64,000 nucleotides of DNA from a virus. Below the pieces are notes generated by a model. The model saw only the letters and a list, made by a program, of their open reading frames with translations. It was not told the DNA's origin and did no database searches. Position 1 is the stretch's first letter. Each line of letters starts with the position of its first letter. The DNA lies in the IMG/VR virus record IMGVR_UViG_3300035670_000059, positions 32,001 to 96,000 of that record. One strand, 5' to 3'. Positions 48,390 to 58,857 of the stretch are shown here, piece after piece. The position numbers and the translations under genes are program-made.

Positions 48390-50387
48390 ATGGCTTTAGG
48401 AGACGGCAAAGCAAAACAAGAATCTCAAGAAATAAAAGGAGAATTATCTGCTATTTTAGATGCTGTATCATCTATTGGGGATAAATTAGTATCTTCTTTT
48501 CAAGATGCTGTTGATGAAGCTAGTAAATTTCGTAATGTATCAGAAGCTACCTCAAAAACCTTAAAACGAGGTTTACTTTCAGATATAAAGGAAACAGTAA
48601 AAAATACTGAAGATCTTATTAGAGCTCAAGTAAAGGCAGAAAAAGGATTATTAAGGCAATCTGAAATTCAAAAACTGCAAAATAAACTAGCTGAAAATAG
48701 AGCATTATTTGAGGCTAGGCAAGCTATAGCTTTAGCAAATAAAGTTCCATTAACTAAAGCTCAAACTAAAAAATTTGAAGAGCAACTTGTATTACAAGAA
48801 GCATCCCTTAAAGCCACAATAAAAGCTAATAAAGAAAATGAAAAAGCTTTTGGTTTAATAGGTTTAGCTAAATCCGCAGCTAGTGGGTTAGCCGATAAAA
48901 TTGATAAAAGTGGAAAATTATCTAAAGTATTTAGTGGAGAACTAAATAAAGCTCAAAAACTTACTTTGCTTGCAGATAGTGCTTTTGCATTATTGGTAAA
49001 TGGTGTACTTCAAGCTAGTGATAATATAGCAGCAATTGCTAAAAATACTGGAGTATCAGCTAATGAAGCCCAAAGATTACAAGCTAGTTTTGCTACTGCT
49101 GCTTCTGAATCTGGAAAATTATTTATAAACAGTAAGGATTTAAACAAAGCATTTGGTGAACTTTCTAGCCAAACTGGATTAATAGCAGATTTTGGTGGAA
49201 AAACTTTAGTTACCCAAGCTACTTTAACTAAACAATTAGGATTATCATCTCAATCCGCTGGTAAATTATCATTACTCTCCAGAATTCAAAGTCAAAACAC
49301 TGAAGGGGTTTTATCCAATACAGTAAAGACTGTAGGGGCAATTTCAAGACAAAATGGAGTTGCACTTAACGCTAAGAGTATTTTAGAAGAAATTAGTAAT
49401 ACAAGTGCAGCTATAACAGTTTCACTAGGTAAAAATCCAATAGCTTTAGCTGAAGCTGCTTCTCAAGCTAAATTATTTGGTGCTAATTTATCTACTGTAG
49501 ATACTATTGCCTCTAGTTTATTGAATTTTGAAGAATCTATTTCTAATGAATTACAAGCTGAATTATTAACGGGTCAAAATATTAATCTAGAAAGAGCAAG
49601 ATTATTAGCTTTAAATAACGACCTATCAGGTTTATCTAAGGAATTAGCTGATAACGAAGAAATTATAACAGCATTCGCTACAGGAAATAGAATACAACAA
49701 GAAGCAGCAGCAGCCGCTATTGGATTAAGCCGAGAGCAATTAGCAGAAATAGCATTACAACAAGAATTTAATAATTTATCAGCAGAACAATTTAGAGATA
49801 CTTACGGAGAAGTAACATACCAACAATTACAGTCTCAATCTGCTAGTGAAAAATTTGCCTCAACTTTAGAAGCAATACAAGGAATTATAGGAGATATAGG
49901 TATAGCTTTTGCTCCATTTTTAGATGGATTAGCAACAGCTGTTGGATTTCTCGCTAAAAATAAGGCAGCAGCTATAGGATTAGCGGCTGTATTAACTACA
50001 TTAGCTAGTATCTCTCTTGCTAATGCCATAGCTAATATATTTGCTTCTTCTGTATTAACTGGTCCAATTGCTGGTCCAATACTTGCAGCTGCTACAGTTG
50101 CAGGAATGATTGCAGCAATTGCATCCTCTAAATCATTAACTACAGCAGATGATATGATAGCTCCTTCAGGTTATGGAGACAGAATTTTATCTACACCTAA
50201 AGGATCTATAGCATTAAACAATAACGATACAGTTGTAGCAGGTACAAACTTAGGTGGAGGAGGAAACCAAGAAACTAAACGTACCAACCAACTGCTAGAA
50301 AGATTATTAAATCAACCCGCAGTATTTAAAATAGGAACAGATGAATTCTATACTGCTACCTCAAAATATAGCTATCAAATTCAATAA
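48390..50387 (+). CDS. Tape measure protein
   Basis: 665 aa, Ala/Leu/Ser-rich helical; LLNFEESISNELQAELLTG; hydrophobic C-terminal segments; follows chaperones. Confidence 0.75.
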   Translation: MALGDGKAKQESQEIKGELSAILDAVSSIGDKLVSSFQDAVDEASKFRNVSEATSKTLKRGLLSDIKETVKNTEDLIRAQVKAEKGLLRQSEIQKLQNKLAENRALFEARQAIALANKVPLTKAQTKKFEEQLVLQEASLKATIKANKENEKAFGLIGLAKSAASGLADKIDKSGKLSKVFSGELNKAQKLTLLADSAFALLVNGVLQASDNIAAIAKNTGVSANEAQRLQASFATAASESGKLFINSKDLNKAFGELSSQTGLIADFGGKTLVTQATLTKQLGLSSQSAGKLSLLSRIQSQNTEGVLSNTVKTVGAISRQNGVALNAKSILEEISNTSAAITVSLGKNPIALAEAASQAKLFGANLSTVDTIASSLLNFEESISNELQAELLTGQNINLERARLLALNNDLSGLSKELADNEEIITAFATGNRIQQEAAAAAIGLSREQLAEIALQQEFNNLSAEQFRDTYGEVTYQQLQSQSASEKFASTLEAIQGIIGDIGIAFAPFLDGLATAVGFLAKNKAAAIGLAAVLTTLASISLANAIANIFASSVLTGPIAGPILAAATVAGMIAAIASSKSLTTADDMIAPSGYGDRILSTPKGSIALNNNDTVVAGTNLGGGGNQETKRTNQLLERLLNQPAVFKIGTDEFYTATSKYSYQIQ

Positions 50388-50423
50388 CATTTAATATTTA
50401 TAATAAATTAAACCTTATACACA

Positions 50424-50603
50424 ATGGCATTATTAGATAAATTGCAAAAAGATGGTACAGTATTAACTCCTTTAAGAGGTACTAGACCAACTGCTACATT
50501 AGTAAAAGATGTAATCCAAGTAAACAATACCTTCTCTAAAGGGCAGTATCAAAATTACGTTGTTAATACCCCTAGAGCTCAGGATCTTACAGGTAACAAG
50601 TAA
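50424..50603 (+). CDS. Small hypothetical protein (59 aa; not in the ORF track)
   Basis: MALLDKLQKDGTVLTPLRG...DLTGNK*; behind ATATTTATAA at 50394. Confidence 0.6.
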   Translation: MALLDKLQKDGTVLTPLRGTRPTATLVKDVIQVNNTFSKGQYQNYVVNTPRAQDLTGNK

Positions 50604-50609
50604 TATTAA

Positions 50610-52532
50610 ATGTCATTAGTAAATCTAAAAACTAACCTAAAATCTCTACGATACGGACAGGATAGAGTAGGTGGGGGGAACAGTAATCAACCATATATTA
50701 AAAGCCCAATCCCCGACAATGCTTCTAGCTTAGATCGTAGTGGGGGAGTTGACTTTCTCTTACGTGGTGGAATATTAACCCCTTCTAGAGCTGCCAAAGA
50801 TGTATCTAGATTAACTAAGATGTTTTTTGATTTTAAATCCCCAAACGGGGTACTTTTTACTGCTAAACAAAATTTACTTTCTAGAACAGGTGTAAAAACA
50901 CAAGCAGGTGGATTTATAAATGAAGGTGCATATTTACCTACCTCTACAATACTACAAGCTGGTGGAAATGCTTTTGGTACCCACTTACTAAAACAAGGAA
51001 TAAACCCATTCCGAAACACATCCCCAGATGCTGGAGCAATTAATAATCCACTTTTAAATCTATTAGGTGTAGGTGGTGCTGTTCAAAGTCTTATCAACAA
51101 CGCCGGAGGATTACCTGTATATTCACAAACAGTAAGATCTGATCAATCCCCCGATAATAACCGTTTAGTTCAACTAAAAGATTCTAAAATAGGATCTAAT
51201 ATTAACCGCAAACAAGAAGGAATATTTGGTGACCAAACATTTAGACAAATTTTAGGCCAAATCAATCCATTTAAAAATAAATTAAGTAGTATAGCTAAAA
51301 CTATCTTCACTAATAAAACCCAAAAACTAGGAATATCTAGTGATAACAGAGAAATTTTAAGATATGGTGGAGGCCCGGGTTCTATATTAGGGGTAGGACA
51401 AACTGCTATAAGAAGATACTATTTTTCTACTACCGAAGGATTTAGCTATGATGTATCTAAAGGATTTTTTAATGTTTTAGGAGCAGGACAAGGAATAGAA
51501 GACAGACGTTTAGGTAATAATGGTGGCAGTACCGTATCTGATTTTAGAAGTTTATTAGATATTAATAAAAATGCTACTCGACAAACTATCCTCTCCAAAT
51601 CCCCAGATTATAAAACTAAAAATATTGAAAATAGAGTTAATCTAGGAGACCCAGGAAGAAAAAATAAAAATGTTTCTAGTTATACTGCGGGATTAGGTAA
51701 ATTAGATAAAATTACTTCTATGCCCCTATATCAATCTGATAAAGGAAATCATAGTGGTCACCGAAATGATTTAGTTAAATTTAGTATTGGAATAATAGAC
51801 AATAAACTCCCTGATCAAAGAGTTTATATTCACTTCCGTGCATTTTTGGATTCAATGGAAGATAACTATAATGCACAGTGGGATAGTTTTAAATACATGG
51901 GTAGAGGTGAAAACTTCTATAGATACAACGGATTTACTCGTAATATAAATTTAAGCTGGACGGTAGCAGCTCAATCCAAAGAAGAATTAATACCAATGTA
52001 TCAAAAATTAAACTTTTTAGCTTCATCTCTATCACCAGATTTCTCTGATGCCGGTTATATGAGAGGCAATTTAGCAGTACTTACCGTTGGGGGATATATA
52101 TTTGAACAACCCGGTATAATAACAAGCATAAACTATTCAGTTCCACAAGAATCCCCATGGGAAATTGGAATAAGTGATACTGCGGGATTTGATGATACTG
52201 TTAAAGAACTCCCTCACATAATTAAAGTAACAGGATTTAGCTTTATACCTATTCATGAATTTGTACCTAAAATCCAGAAAAATACTTATGATGGTCTTTA
52301 CAATGAAGACGGAACTAATTTAAGAAACGTAATTAGCAAATTTGGAAGAGGGGATGAAATTGGAAAAGAAAGATACATAGCCCTATCAAAAGACACCACC
52401 CCCTCTGCTGCTACTACTAATTATAATCCCCCCAATGATTATACTTATGATGTTAAACAAGCTAGAGCTAATCTTAACCAAAATATCCCTACTTCTCCTA
52501 CTAGAATTTTACCTGCCTTTTCCTCTACCTAA
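50610..52532 (+). CDS. Baseplate/tube-initiator-like protein
   Basis: FRAFLDSMEDNYNAQW...YMGRGENFYRYNGFTR; LTVGGY...PGII...PWEI tube-fold-like C-terminal half. Confidence 0.55.
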   Translation: MSLVNLKTNLKSLRYGQDRVGGGNSNQPYIKSPIPDNASSLDRSGGVDFLLRGGILTPSRAAKDVSRLTKMFFDFKSPNGVLFTAKQNLLSRTGVKTQAGGFINEGAYLPTSTILQAGGNAFGTHLLKQGINPFRNTSPDAGAINNPLLNLLGVGGAVQSLINNAGGLPVYSQTVRSDQSPDNNRLVQLKDSKIGSNINRKQEGIFGDQTFRQILGQINPFKNKLSSIAKTIFTNKTQKLGISSDNREILRYGGGPGSILGVGQTAIRRYYFSTTEGFSYDVSKGFFNVLGAGQGIEDRRLGNNGGSTVSDFRSLLDINKNATRQTILSKSPDYKTKNIENRVNLGDPGRKNKNVSSYTAGLGKLDKITSMPLYQSDKGNHSGHRNDLVKFSIGIIDNKLPDQRVYIHFRAFLDSMEDNYNAQWDSFKYMGRGENFYRYNGFTRNINLSWTVAAQSKEELIPMYQKLNFLASSLSPDFSDAGYMRGNLAVLTVGGYIFEQPGIITSINYSVPQESPWEIGISDTAGFDDTVKELPHIIKVTGFSFIPIHEFVPKIQKNTYDGLYNEDGTNLRNVISKFGRGDEIGKERYIALSKDTTPSAATTNYNPPNDYTYDVKQARANLNQNIPTSPTRILPAFSST

Positions 52533-52540
52533 AAAATAGT

Positions 52541-52843
52541 ATGAACCGTTACAAAAATACACCTGTATTTAAAAACCAACCCGGAAAACGATATTATGGT
52601 ACTACCAAATATCCTGATCTTCCTTTGGATTTCAACGATATTTACGTATATTCAACCGTAGGTGATAGATTTGATATATTAGCATTACAATATTATAGTG
52701 ATTCTACTTTATGGTGGGTAATTTCAATTGCAAACACTAATTTAACACAAGGCTCATATTACATACCCGAAGGATCTCAAATTAGAATACCTGCTAATAT
52801 AAGCAGAATTATGGCTCAATACAATGCGTTAAACTCAATTTAA
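52541..52843 (+). CDS. LysM/tail-X-like baseplate protein
   Basis: GDRFDILALQYYSDSTLWWVISIAN...GSQIRIP. Confidence 0.75.
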   Translation: MNRYKNTPVFKNQPGKRYYGTTKYPDLPLDFNDIYVYSTVGDRFDILALQYYSDSTLWWVISIANTNLTQGSYYIPEGSQIRIPANISRIMAQYNALNSI

Positions 52844-52847
52844 AGTT

Positions 52848-55800
52848 ATGACTGGAAATGTAGTAGGAGAACCGATTGAAGACTTTGTAGATAAACAAAT
52901 TGGTATAAGACAGCAAAATCAATTTGGAGGTTATGGAACTACTCTTAGAACTGATGATCAACTCCAATATCTCAATAATAGAAATGCTTGGGTAAAATTA
53001 GCTTCTTCGGTTAGTGTATTACCGGATGCTACCATTCCTTCTACTCCTGAGGAATCTGTAGCACAAAGATATGGGTTAGAGTTTACGGGTACAACAATAC
53101 CTTTAGGAGAATCTAAACTTAAAAATATAGGTATACAAGATACTTCAAATTATTTAGGCACTAAACTTGCAGAAAAAGCAATACTTTTTAATACTATCTC
53201 CCAATATACCTCTGGTGGCACTTTAAGTAATAATAGAGCGGGTGTTGCTAATACTAACAATTTATGGAATGATGGTTTTATTTATGGAATAGGTGGGACA
53301 GAATTTGGCATCCAACCCCCTCCCGGTATTATAGGAGTTACTATTGATTCTTTAAACCGAGGTTCTATTCGAAAAGCAAATATAACACTTAAAGCCCACA
53401 ACAAATTTCAATTCGATCTTATTGAATTACTCTATTTGAGATTAGGTTTTACAATGATGTTAGAATGGGGGTGGGACAAATACCTTGATAGTAAAGGAGT
53501 TCTCCAACAAACAGGCAATACTATAATTGAAGATGAATGGTTCAAAACTAATGGAACTACTCAACTTCAAATGCTCAACTCTATCCAGAAAAAAAGAAGA
53601 GACTACCAAGGGAATTATGATGGATTTTTTGGTAAAGTATCTAATTTTACTTGGAATTTTAATCCTGATGGCTCATATGACATTTCAATAGATTTAATTA
53701 CACTTGGGGATGTTATTGAATCTTTAAAAGTTAACACCTCAGTTAAAGAAAAATTTTATCCCGATGGGGGTCTTTTTGAAGACATCAAATTTCCAGAAGA
53801 TAAAAGTAATACTAATATAGCTAAAGTTGCTACTTTAAATACTTTAGGTTATTTTCTTTTTAGTAAAATAAAAGAAATTACAAATAACTTTACTTATACA
53901 CGTAGTGAAAATATAAATACTAACTACCCCAATTATATATCATTTTTTACCACAAATACAACTTCATATCAAAGTCCTCAATATTATGTAAGACTGGGTG
54001 AGTTTTTAACTCAATTAGAGGGTTTAATAGTACCTAAAGTACAAAATAATAATTCTGATAAATTTTCTCAAATTACTTTTGAAAAAACAGGATGTTTAAT
54101 TTCATATTTTCCTAATCAGATACCTTTAGATCCTAGAGTTTGTATTTTTAAACCTTCTTTAAATTCTTATGGTGATATAAAGGGCATAATTAGTCCTACT
54201 TATTTTAACCTTATTCCTATCCCTTATCTAGTTTCTATTGATGGGAGCATATATGGGTCACTTATGGACTTATACATAAATTTTGAATTTATTGCAGGAT
54301 TACTAGTAGCAAACGGAGGCCCAGATCAAGAATTATTCTTATTTAAATTTTTACAGGATTTATGTAATGGAATAAATACGGCTTTAGGTGGAGTTAATAA
54401 ACTAGAACCCATTATAAAAGATGATTATTTTATTACAATAATAGATCAAACTCTTTCATCACCCGAGGTTAAAGACACAGTTAATTTAGAAGTATATGGA
54501 TACAACCCTTCAGATCTCAATAATCCAGTTTCTAACTTTGTAAAAGATGTAAAATTTATATCTAAAATTACACCTCAATTAGCCTCTACAATTAGTATTG
54601 GGGCTACAGCCGCAGGGAGCTCAACTTCTGAAATAGATGGGACAGCATTCTCAAAATGGAGTGAAGGATTAGTAGATAGATTTGCTGAAAAAATATCAGA
54701 ACCCGCAGGACTTGATCTTATTACAGACAATCAAGAAAAAGGAGCAAAATCTGTAGAAGAATATAAAGCAATATTTGAAAGATTTGAGTACGCAGATGAT
54801 ACTATTTCAATATTGAGGTCATTCCAATATGCTTTAGCAAGATTAGGAAATAATCTTAACCCTGGGGGCACAAGTACAGTAGTATTGCGAAATTTAGAAA
54901 AAGAAGAGGAAACTAAAAAAAGAATAGTAAAAAACAGTCCTAGATACAAAGATTTAGAAAACAGAGCTATGACCTTTTCTCAATTTTATGCCGCAGCTTC
55001 CCAAATAGATATAAATAAAAGATTACAAGGTATTAGGGGTGAAAATGAAATTAATGAATTAGCTTCTAGTAATTATATTATATACTTAATTAAAGCTTTT
55101 GGAGGTAATTCAGAGGAAATTAAAGTTGAATATGCAAATTATGATAATATTCAGAGTGGAACAGGTTTTTCATCTATTGGAAGATCTTTAAAAAATTCTA
55201 CAACTATTAAAAATTTACAAGTAGATCCTAATCAAGGTCGTTATCTAGAGTTTGATGATGTTTTTATTTCTCAAGGTAAATCTGCTTATAAAACTTATAT
55301 AAATACTTTAAATAATAGCAGATATAAGATAGATAATATTCCTTCTAGTGATGTAGGTTTTATTCCCCTATCTTTTGAATTAGTGCTAGATGGTATATCA
55401 GGTATAAAAATGTACAATAAATTAAAAATTAATAGTAAATTTTTACCCTCTAATTACCCCGAATCGTTAAGTTTTATTATAACTAAAGTTAATCACAACA
55501 TATCAAATAATAGTTGGGATACTTCTTTATCTACTATTTCTATACCTAAAACAGAGCCTTATAAATATACCACCCTCCCTTCAGAAAATACTGGAAACAC
55601 AGGTGAAAAAAATACAGGTGGTTTCGGAGGGGGAACTATTGCTGGACTTACTCCTAATGCAGATTATTTAAGAGGTGTATTAAGGCAGCTAGGCTACAAA
55701 GAAAAAGGTATAGAATTAGCAGAAAATGGAGATATAACACTAGAAGTAGCTAAAGTTGCAGAATCAGTGTTTAGAATGCTTAAAAAGAGATATCCTACTA

Positions 55801-56153
55801 GTGACATAATAGTTACTGCTGGTAATGATACAGAGCATAAACGTTCCTCAGGATCAAGTCATCCAAAAGGTAATGGTATAGATTTTGTAATTACAGGAAC
55901 AACTAAAAAAGTAAGAACAGAACAAATAGATGCAGATTTGGCCACTATGGTATTTCTAAACCCAGGCTTTCGATTTATAAATGAATATGAATACCCAAGT
56001 TCAAGAGCATCTGGTCCTCACTACCATATTTCTTGGAATCAAGCGGGTGATGGAGGTACTACATCTATGAAGATGGCGCTGCAATATGCAATAGATCAAA
56101 AACTAGAGGCAAAAAGACTTTTACTTAATCCTATATACCGAATTAAGTTTTAA
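52848..56153 (+). CDS. Large baseplate hub-like protein with C-terminal M15-type Zn peptidase domain
   Basis: PPPGI...LYLRLGFTMMLEWGW; GFIPLSFEL.LDGISG; linker then TAGND..H...SSHPKGNGIDF...GPHYHIS. Confidence 0.6.
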   Translation: MTGNVVGEPIEDFVDKQIGIRQQNQFGGYGTTLRTDDQLQYLNNRNAWVKLASSVSVLPDATIPSTPEESVAQRYGLEFTGTTIPLGESKLKNIGIQDTSNYLGTKLAEKAILFNTISQYTSGGTLSNNRAGVANTNNLWNDGFIYGIGGTEFGIQPPPGIIGVTIDSLNRGSIRKANITLKAHNKFQFDLIELLYLRLGFTMMLEWGWDKYLDSKGVLQQTGNTIIEDEWFKTNGTTQLQMLNSIQKKRRDYQGNYDGFFGKVSNFTWNFNPDGSYDISIDLITLGDVIESLKVNTSVKEKFYPDGGLFEDIKFPEDKSNTNIAKVATLNTLGYFLFSKIKEITNNFTYTRSENINTNYPNYISFFTTNTTSYQSPQYYVRLGEFLTQLEGLIVPKVQNNNSDKFSQITFEKTGCLISYFPNQIPLDPRVCIFKPSLNSYGDIKGIISPTYFNLIPIPYLVSIDGSIYGSLMDLYINFEFIAGLLVANGGPDQELFLFKFLQDLCNGINTALGGVNKLEPIIKDDYFITIIDQTLSSPEVKDTVNLEVYGYNPSDLNNPVSNFVKDVKFISKITPQLASTISIGATAAGSSTSEIDGTAFSKWSEGLVDRFAEKISEPAGLDLITDNQEKGAKSVEEYKAIFERFEYADDTISILRSFQYALARLGNNLNPGGTSTVVLRNLEKEEETKKRIVKNSPRYKDLENRAMTFSQFYAAASQIDINKRLQGIRGENEINELASSNYIIYLIKAFGGNSEEIKVEYANYDNIQSGTGFSSIGRSLKNSTTIKNLQVDPNQGRYLEFDDVFISQGKSAYKTYINTLNNSRYKIDNIPSSDVGFIPLSFELVLDGISGIKMYNKLKINSKFLPSNYPESLSFIITKVNHNISNNSWDTSLSTISIPKTEPYKYTTLPSENTGNTGEKNTGGFGGGTIAGLTPNADYLRGVLRQLGYKEKGIELAENGDITLEVAKVAESVFRMLKKRYPTSDIIVTAGNDTEHKRSSGSSHPKGNGIDFVITGTTKKVRTEQIDADLATMVFLNPGFRFINEYEYPSSRASGPHYHISWNQAGDGGTTSMKMALQYAIDQKLEAKRLLLNPIYRIKF

Positions 56154-56203
56154 AACTATATATCCATACCTAAGCATCAATACTAAGATAAATAATTCTT
56201 ATA

Positions 56204-56818
56204 ATGTATTATCCAAAATCTCAAGTTAAAATTAATTTATATACCAACGGGGGAGAATATATTGTGTTGAACACAAACACCTCATATAAAGGGTATTATT
56301 ATGAAACCTCTACTGGGGAGTATTTTAGTGGTAGAACACCAAATGAATCCCCTTCTTTTAAACTTATAAAAGATATTGCATACGAAACGAGTGGGGAGTC
56401 TTCTACTCCTTCTTCCTTTGGATTTGAAAATGATAATTTCTATCTAATAGAAAGGGGATATGCTAATTCTACTAATTTATCATTCAACCAAATCCCTCCA
56501 TCTCCACCTAAACAATCTTATCCTGTTGTAACCGATAACGACTATAAACTAGGAGAATTTCAACGATATTTTTTAAAGAAAGGCAACGAAATCAAATTCC
56601 TAGAAATATCTCTAGAAGACTATAGAAAATATATAAACCGAGATAAAGACGTAATGTTTGAGCTCTACACCCCAATCCAAATAAATTGGATATTAACAGG
56701 GGAAGAAAAACAAGTTTACCAAGTAAACCAAAGCATAGTAGCTAGAGCAGAACGCGAACAAAACCTACCAGGATTTACACAATATTTTAGAGGTAAATTC
56801 ACCCAGTTTTATAAATAA
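56204..56818 (+). CDS. Conserved hypothetical baseplate-region protein
   Basis: MYYPKSQVK.NLYTNGGE...YKGYY; DYKLGEFQRYF. Confidence 0.6.
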   Translation: MYYPKSQVKINLYTNGGEYIVLNTNTSYKGYYYETSTGEYFSGRTPNESPSFKLIKDIAYETSGESSTPSSFGFENDNFYLIERGYANSTNLSFNQIPPSPPKQSYPVVTDNDYKLGEFQRYFLKKGNEIKFLEISLEDYRKYINRDKDVMFELYTPIQINWILTGEEKQVYQVNQSIVARAEREQNLPGFTQYFRGKFTQFYK

Positions 56819-56819
56819 C

Positions 56820-56850
56820 TAGGCTCCTAAAAAGAGCCTTCTTATATTTA
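56820..56850 (+). promoter_or_regulatory. Hairpin plus -33/-7 promoter at the start of the replication block
   Basis: TAGG-N19-TATATTTA overlapping AGGCTC...GAGCCT hairpin. Confidence 0.5.
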
Positions 56851-56869
56851 CATAAATAAAGGTTACGCA

Positions 56870-58141
56870 ATGTACTGGTTAATCGAAGACATAGACCAAC
56901 TTAAAAATTTCTATAATTTAGGCTATAAGGAAGCATTCATAGAGGTAATACCCTCAAATGATAAAATCCACCCTATCCAAAACACTGTATCTTTGGTGTA
57001 TATTCGCCCGCTTTTAGCAACTAAAGGCTTCATGCTAGGAGTGTCCCACAGCGAAACGCTAAACGAAATATCGCAACACATTACCGCAATTCTACAAAAA
57101 TTTGATGTGTTGTATTGTAGGGATAAGAAGGAAATATTACATTATTTTCCAATTAAGCATTTGCTTGACATCACACCCCCTCCTCATCCGTATATACGAC
57201 CCACTACAACAACACACGATCTATTTTATAGAAACCACGGTTTAAACATAGAAGTAAACAAAATTATCCCTATTGTTAAACATTATGAGGTATGCGAGCA
57301 AATGTATAATGATTTGCTGCCAAACATGTGTGAGCCTAAAACACAATACCACAAGTTTTTTAACAATAAAGTAACAGTAGTGTTTAACGCTATTGAACAA
57401 AACGGTTTGCACATCAATAAACCCGAATTTGAAAATTATTTTACTAAAACAAATTCGGATTTTGTCTATACACAATACAATTTAAAAACAACAACAACAA
57501 GACCATCAAATACATTTGGAGGAATTAACTATGCGGCGCTCAATAAAGAAAACGGTTGTAGAAAAAGCTTTATACCACGTAACGATAAATTTGTTGAAAT
57601 TGATATTTCTGCTTACCATCCTAGCTTGGCTGCTCGTCTCATTGATTATGTTTTTTCCGTTGATGATATTCATGCTCATTTTGCTGCCTTATATAAAGTG
57701 GACTACGCAAAGGCAAAAGAACTCACATTCAAACAGTTATATGGAGGAGTTTTTGAATCTTACAAAAATATTGATTTCTTTAAGAAAAGCCAAGTATATA
57801 TTGAGAAAAACTGGGAGCAATTTGAAAACACGGGAAGTATAGAGGTACCAATCTCTGGATATAAAATTGAAAAAAATAATGTGGGAGAGATGAACCCACA
57901 AAAATTGTTTAATTATTTGCTACAAGGATACGAGACAGCTCAGAATATTTTGATATTGTGGGATATGTTGCGTATCTTAATGGGAAAGAATACGAAATTG
58001 GTTCTGTACACTTACGACAGTTTTATGCTTGATGTAGATAATAAAGAGATAGAAATTTTAGAAGATATTAGAGATATATTTAAAAAATATAAATTAAATA
58101 TTAAAGAAAAAAGTGGAGTAAATTATGGGGATTTGGTGTGA
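56870..58141 (+). CDS. Compact, divergent family-A DNA polymerase-like protein
   Basis: TTTRPS...INYAALNK...RKSFIP; motif A EIDISAYHP; motif B AKELTFKQLYG; NYLLQGYE; motif C YTYDSF. Confidence 0.7.
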   Translation: MYWLIEDIDQLKNFYNLGYKEAFIEVIPSNDKIHPIQNTVSLVYIRPLLATKGFMLGVSHSETLNEISQHITAILQKFDVLYCRDKKEILHYFPIKHLLDITPPPHPYIRPTTTTHDLFYRNHGLNIEVNKIIPIVKHYEVCEQMYNDLLPNMCEPKTQYHKFFNNKVTVVFNAIEQNGLHINKPEFENYFTKTNSDFVYTQYNLKTTTTRPSNTFGGINYAALNKENGCRKSFIPRNDKFVEIDISAYHPSLAARLIDYVFSVDDIHAHFAALYKVDYAKAKELTFKQLYGGVFESYKNIDFFKKSQVYIEKNWEQFENTGSIEVPISGYKIEKNNVGEMNPQKLFNYLLQGYETAQNILILWDMLRILMGKNTKLVLYTYDSFMLDVDNKEIEILEDIRDIFKKYKLNIKEKSGVNYGDLV

Positions 58142-58179
58142 TTCTTTTTTGTTTGACATATTTATAATAAAATAATATT

Positions 58180-58857
58180 ATGGTGTGTTCTAAATGTAAA
58201 GAAGATAAAAATCTTGAATGTTTTTCTAAAAACCAAAAACAATGTAAAGCTTGTAAAAAAGAGTTTTATATTAAAAATAAAGAAAAAATAGTAGTTAAAA
58301 GTAAAAAGACTTACGCTGATAATAAAAGTATAGTTTTAGAGAAACAAAAAGAGTATTATAAAAATAATAAAATAGAAAGAAAATTATACCAAAAAAACTA
58401 TGAAATTCTAAATAAAGATAAAATTCAAAAGTACAATGAAGAATATTATCAAAAGAATAAAGAAAAAATAAAAAAGAATAGTACAGAATGGATTAAAGAA
58501 AAATATAAAAATAACCAAGAATTTAGAATTCAAACTAAACTCCATCTCCAGATAGTAAAATATCTGCATCAACATCAAAATATAAATAAAATACCCCAAA
58601 TACTGGGTTATGAAATAAAAGATTTTATTAATAAAATAGGTTCCCCTAAAAAAGGTTATGATATTGATCATAAAATTCCTTTAAGCTGGTTTGAAAATTT
58701 TACCCCCATTAACATAATTTGGGACTTAAGAAATTTACACATAATTAAATCACAAGAAAACAAGAAAAAAGGAAATAGGTTTGCCCACCCTATCACAGAA
58801 GAATATAAAAATAGTATAAAACAATACATAAAAACTAAATACCAATCAAAGTTATGA
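58180..58857 (+). CDS. HNH homing endonuclease with N-terminal CxxC
   Basis: CSKC...CKAC; K/Y-rich helical repeats; DIDHKIPLS...NLHII...N..K.N. Confidence 0.75.
   Translation: MVCSKCKEDKNLECFSKNQKQCKACKKEFYIKNKEKIVVKSKKTYADNKSIVLEKQKEYYKNNKIERKLYQKNYEILNKDKIQKYNEEYYQKNKEKIKKNSTEWIKEKYKNNQEFRIQTKLHLQIVKYLHQHQNINKIPQILGYEIKDFINKIGSPKKGYDIDHKIPLSWFENFTPINIIWDLRNLHIIKSQENKKKGNRFAHPITEEYKNSIKQYIKTKYQSKL

Larger units (their letters stand above)
39..58167 (+). promoter_or_regulatory. Recurrent intergenic late-promoter-like motif ATATTTAT(A/C) (span of all copies)
   Basis: Copies at 39, 8521, 10449, 13199, 15135, 22819, 23547, 27075, 28411, 32266, 32838, 37349, 39620, 41820, 42639, 44415, 44991, 47323, 48368, 50394 and 58158; variants at 6748, 18938, 22161. 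Confidence 0.75.
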
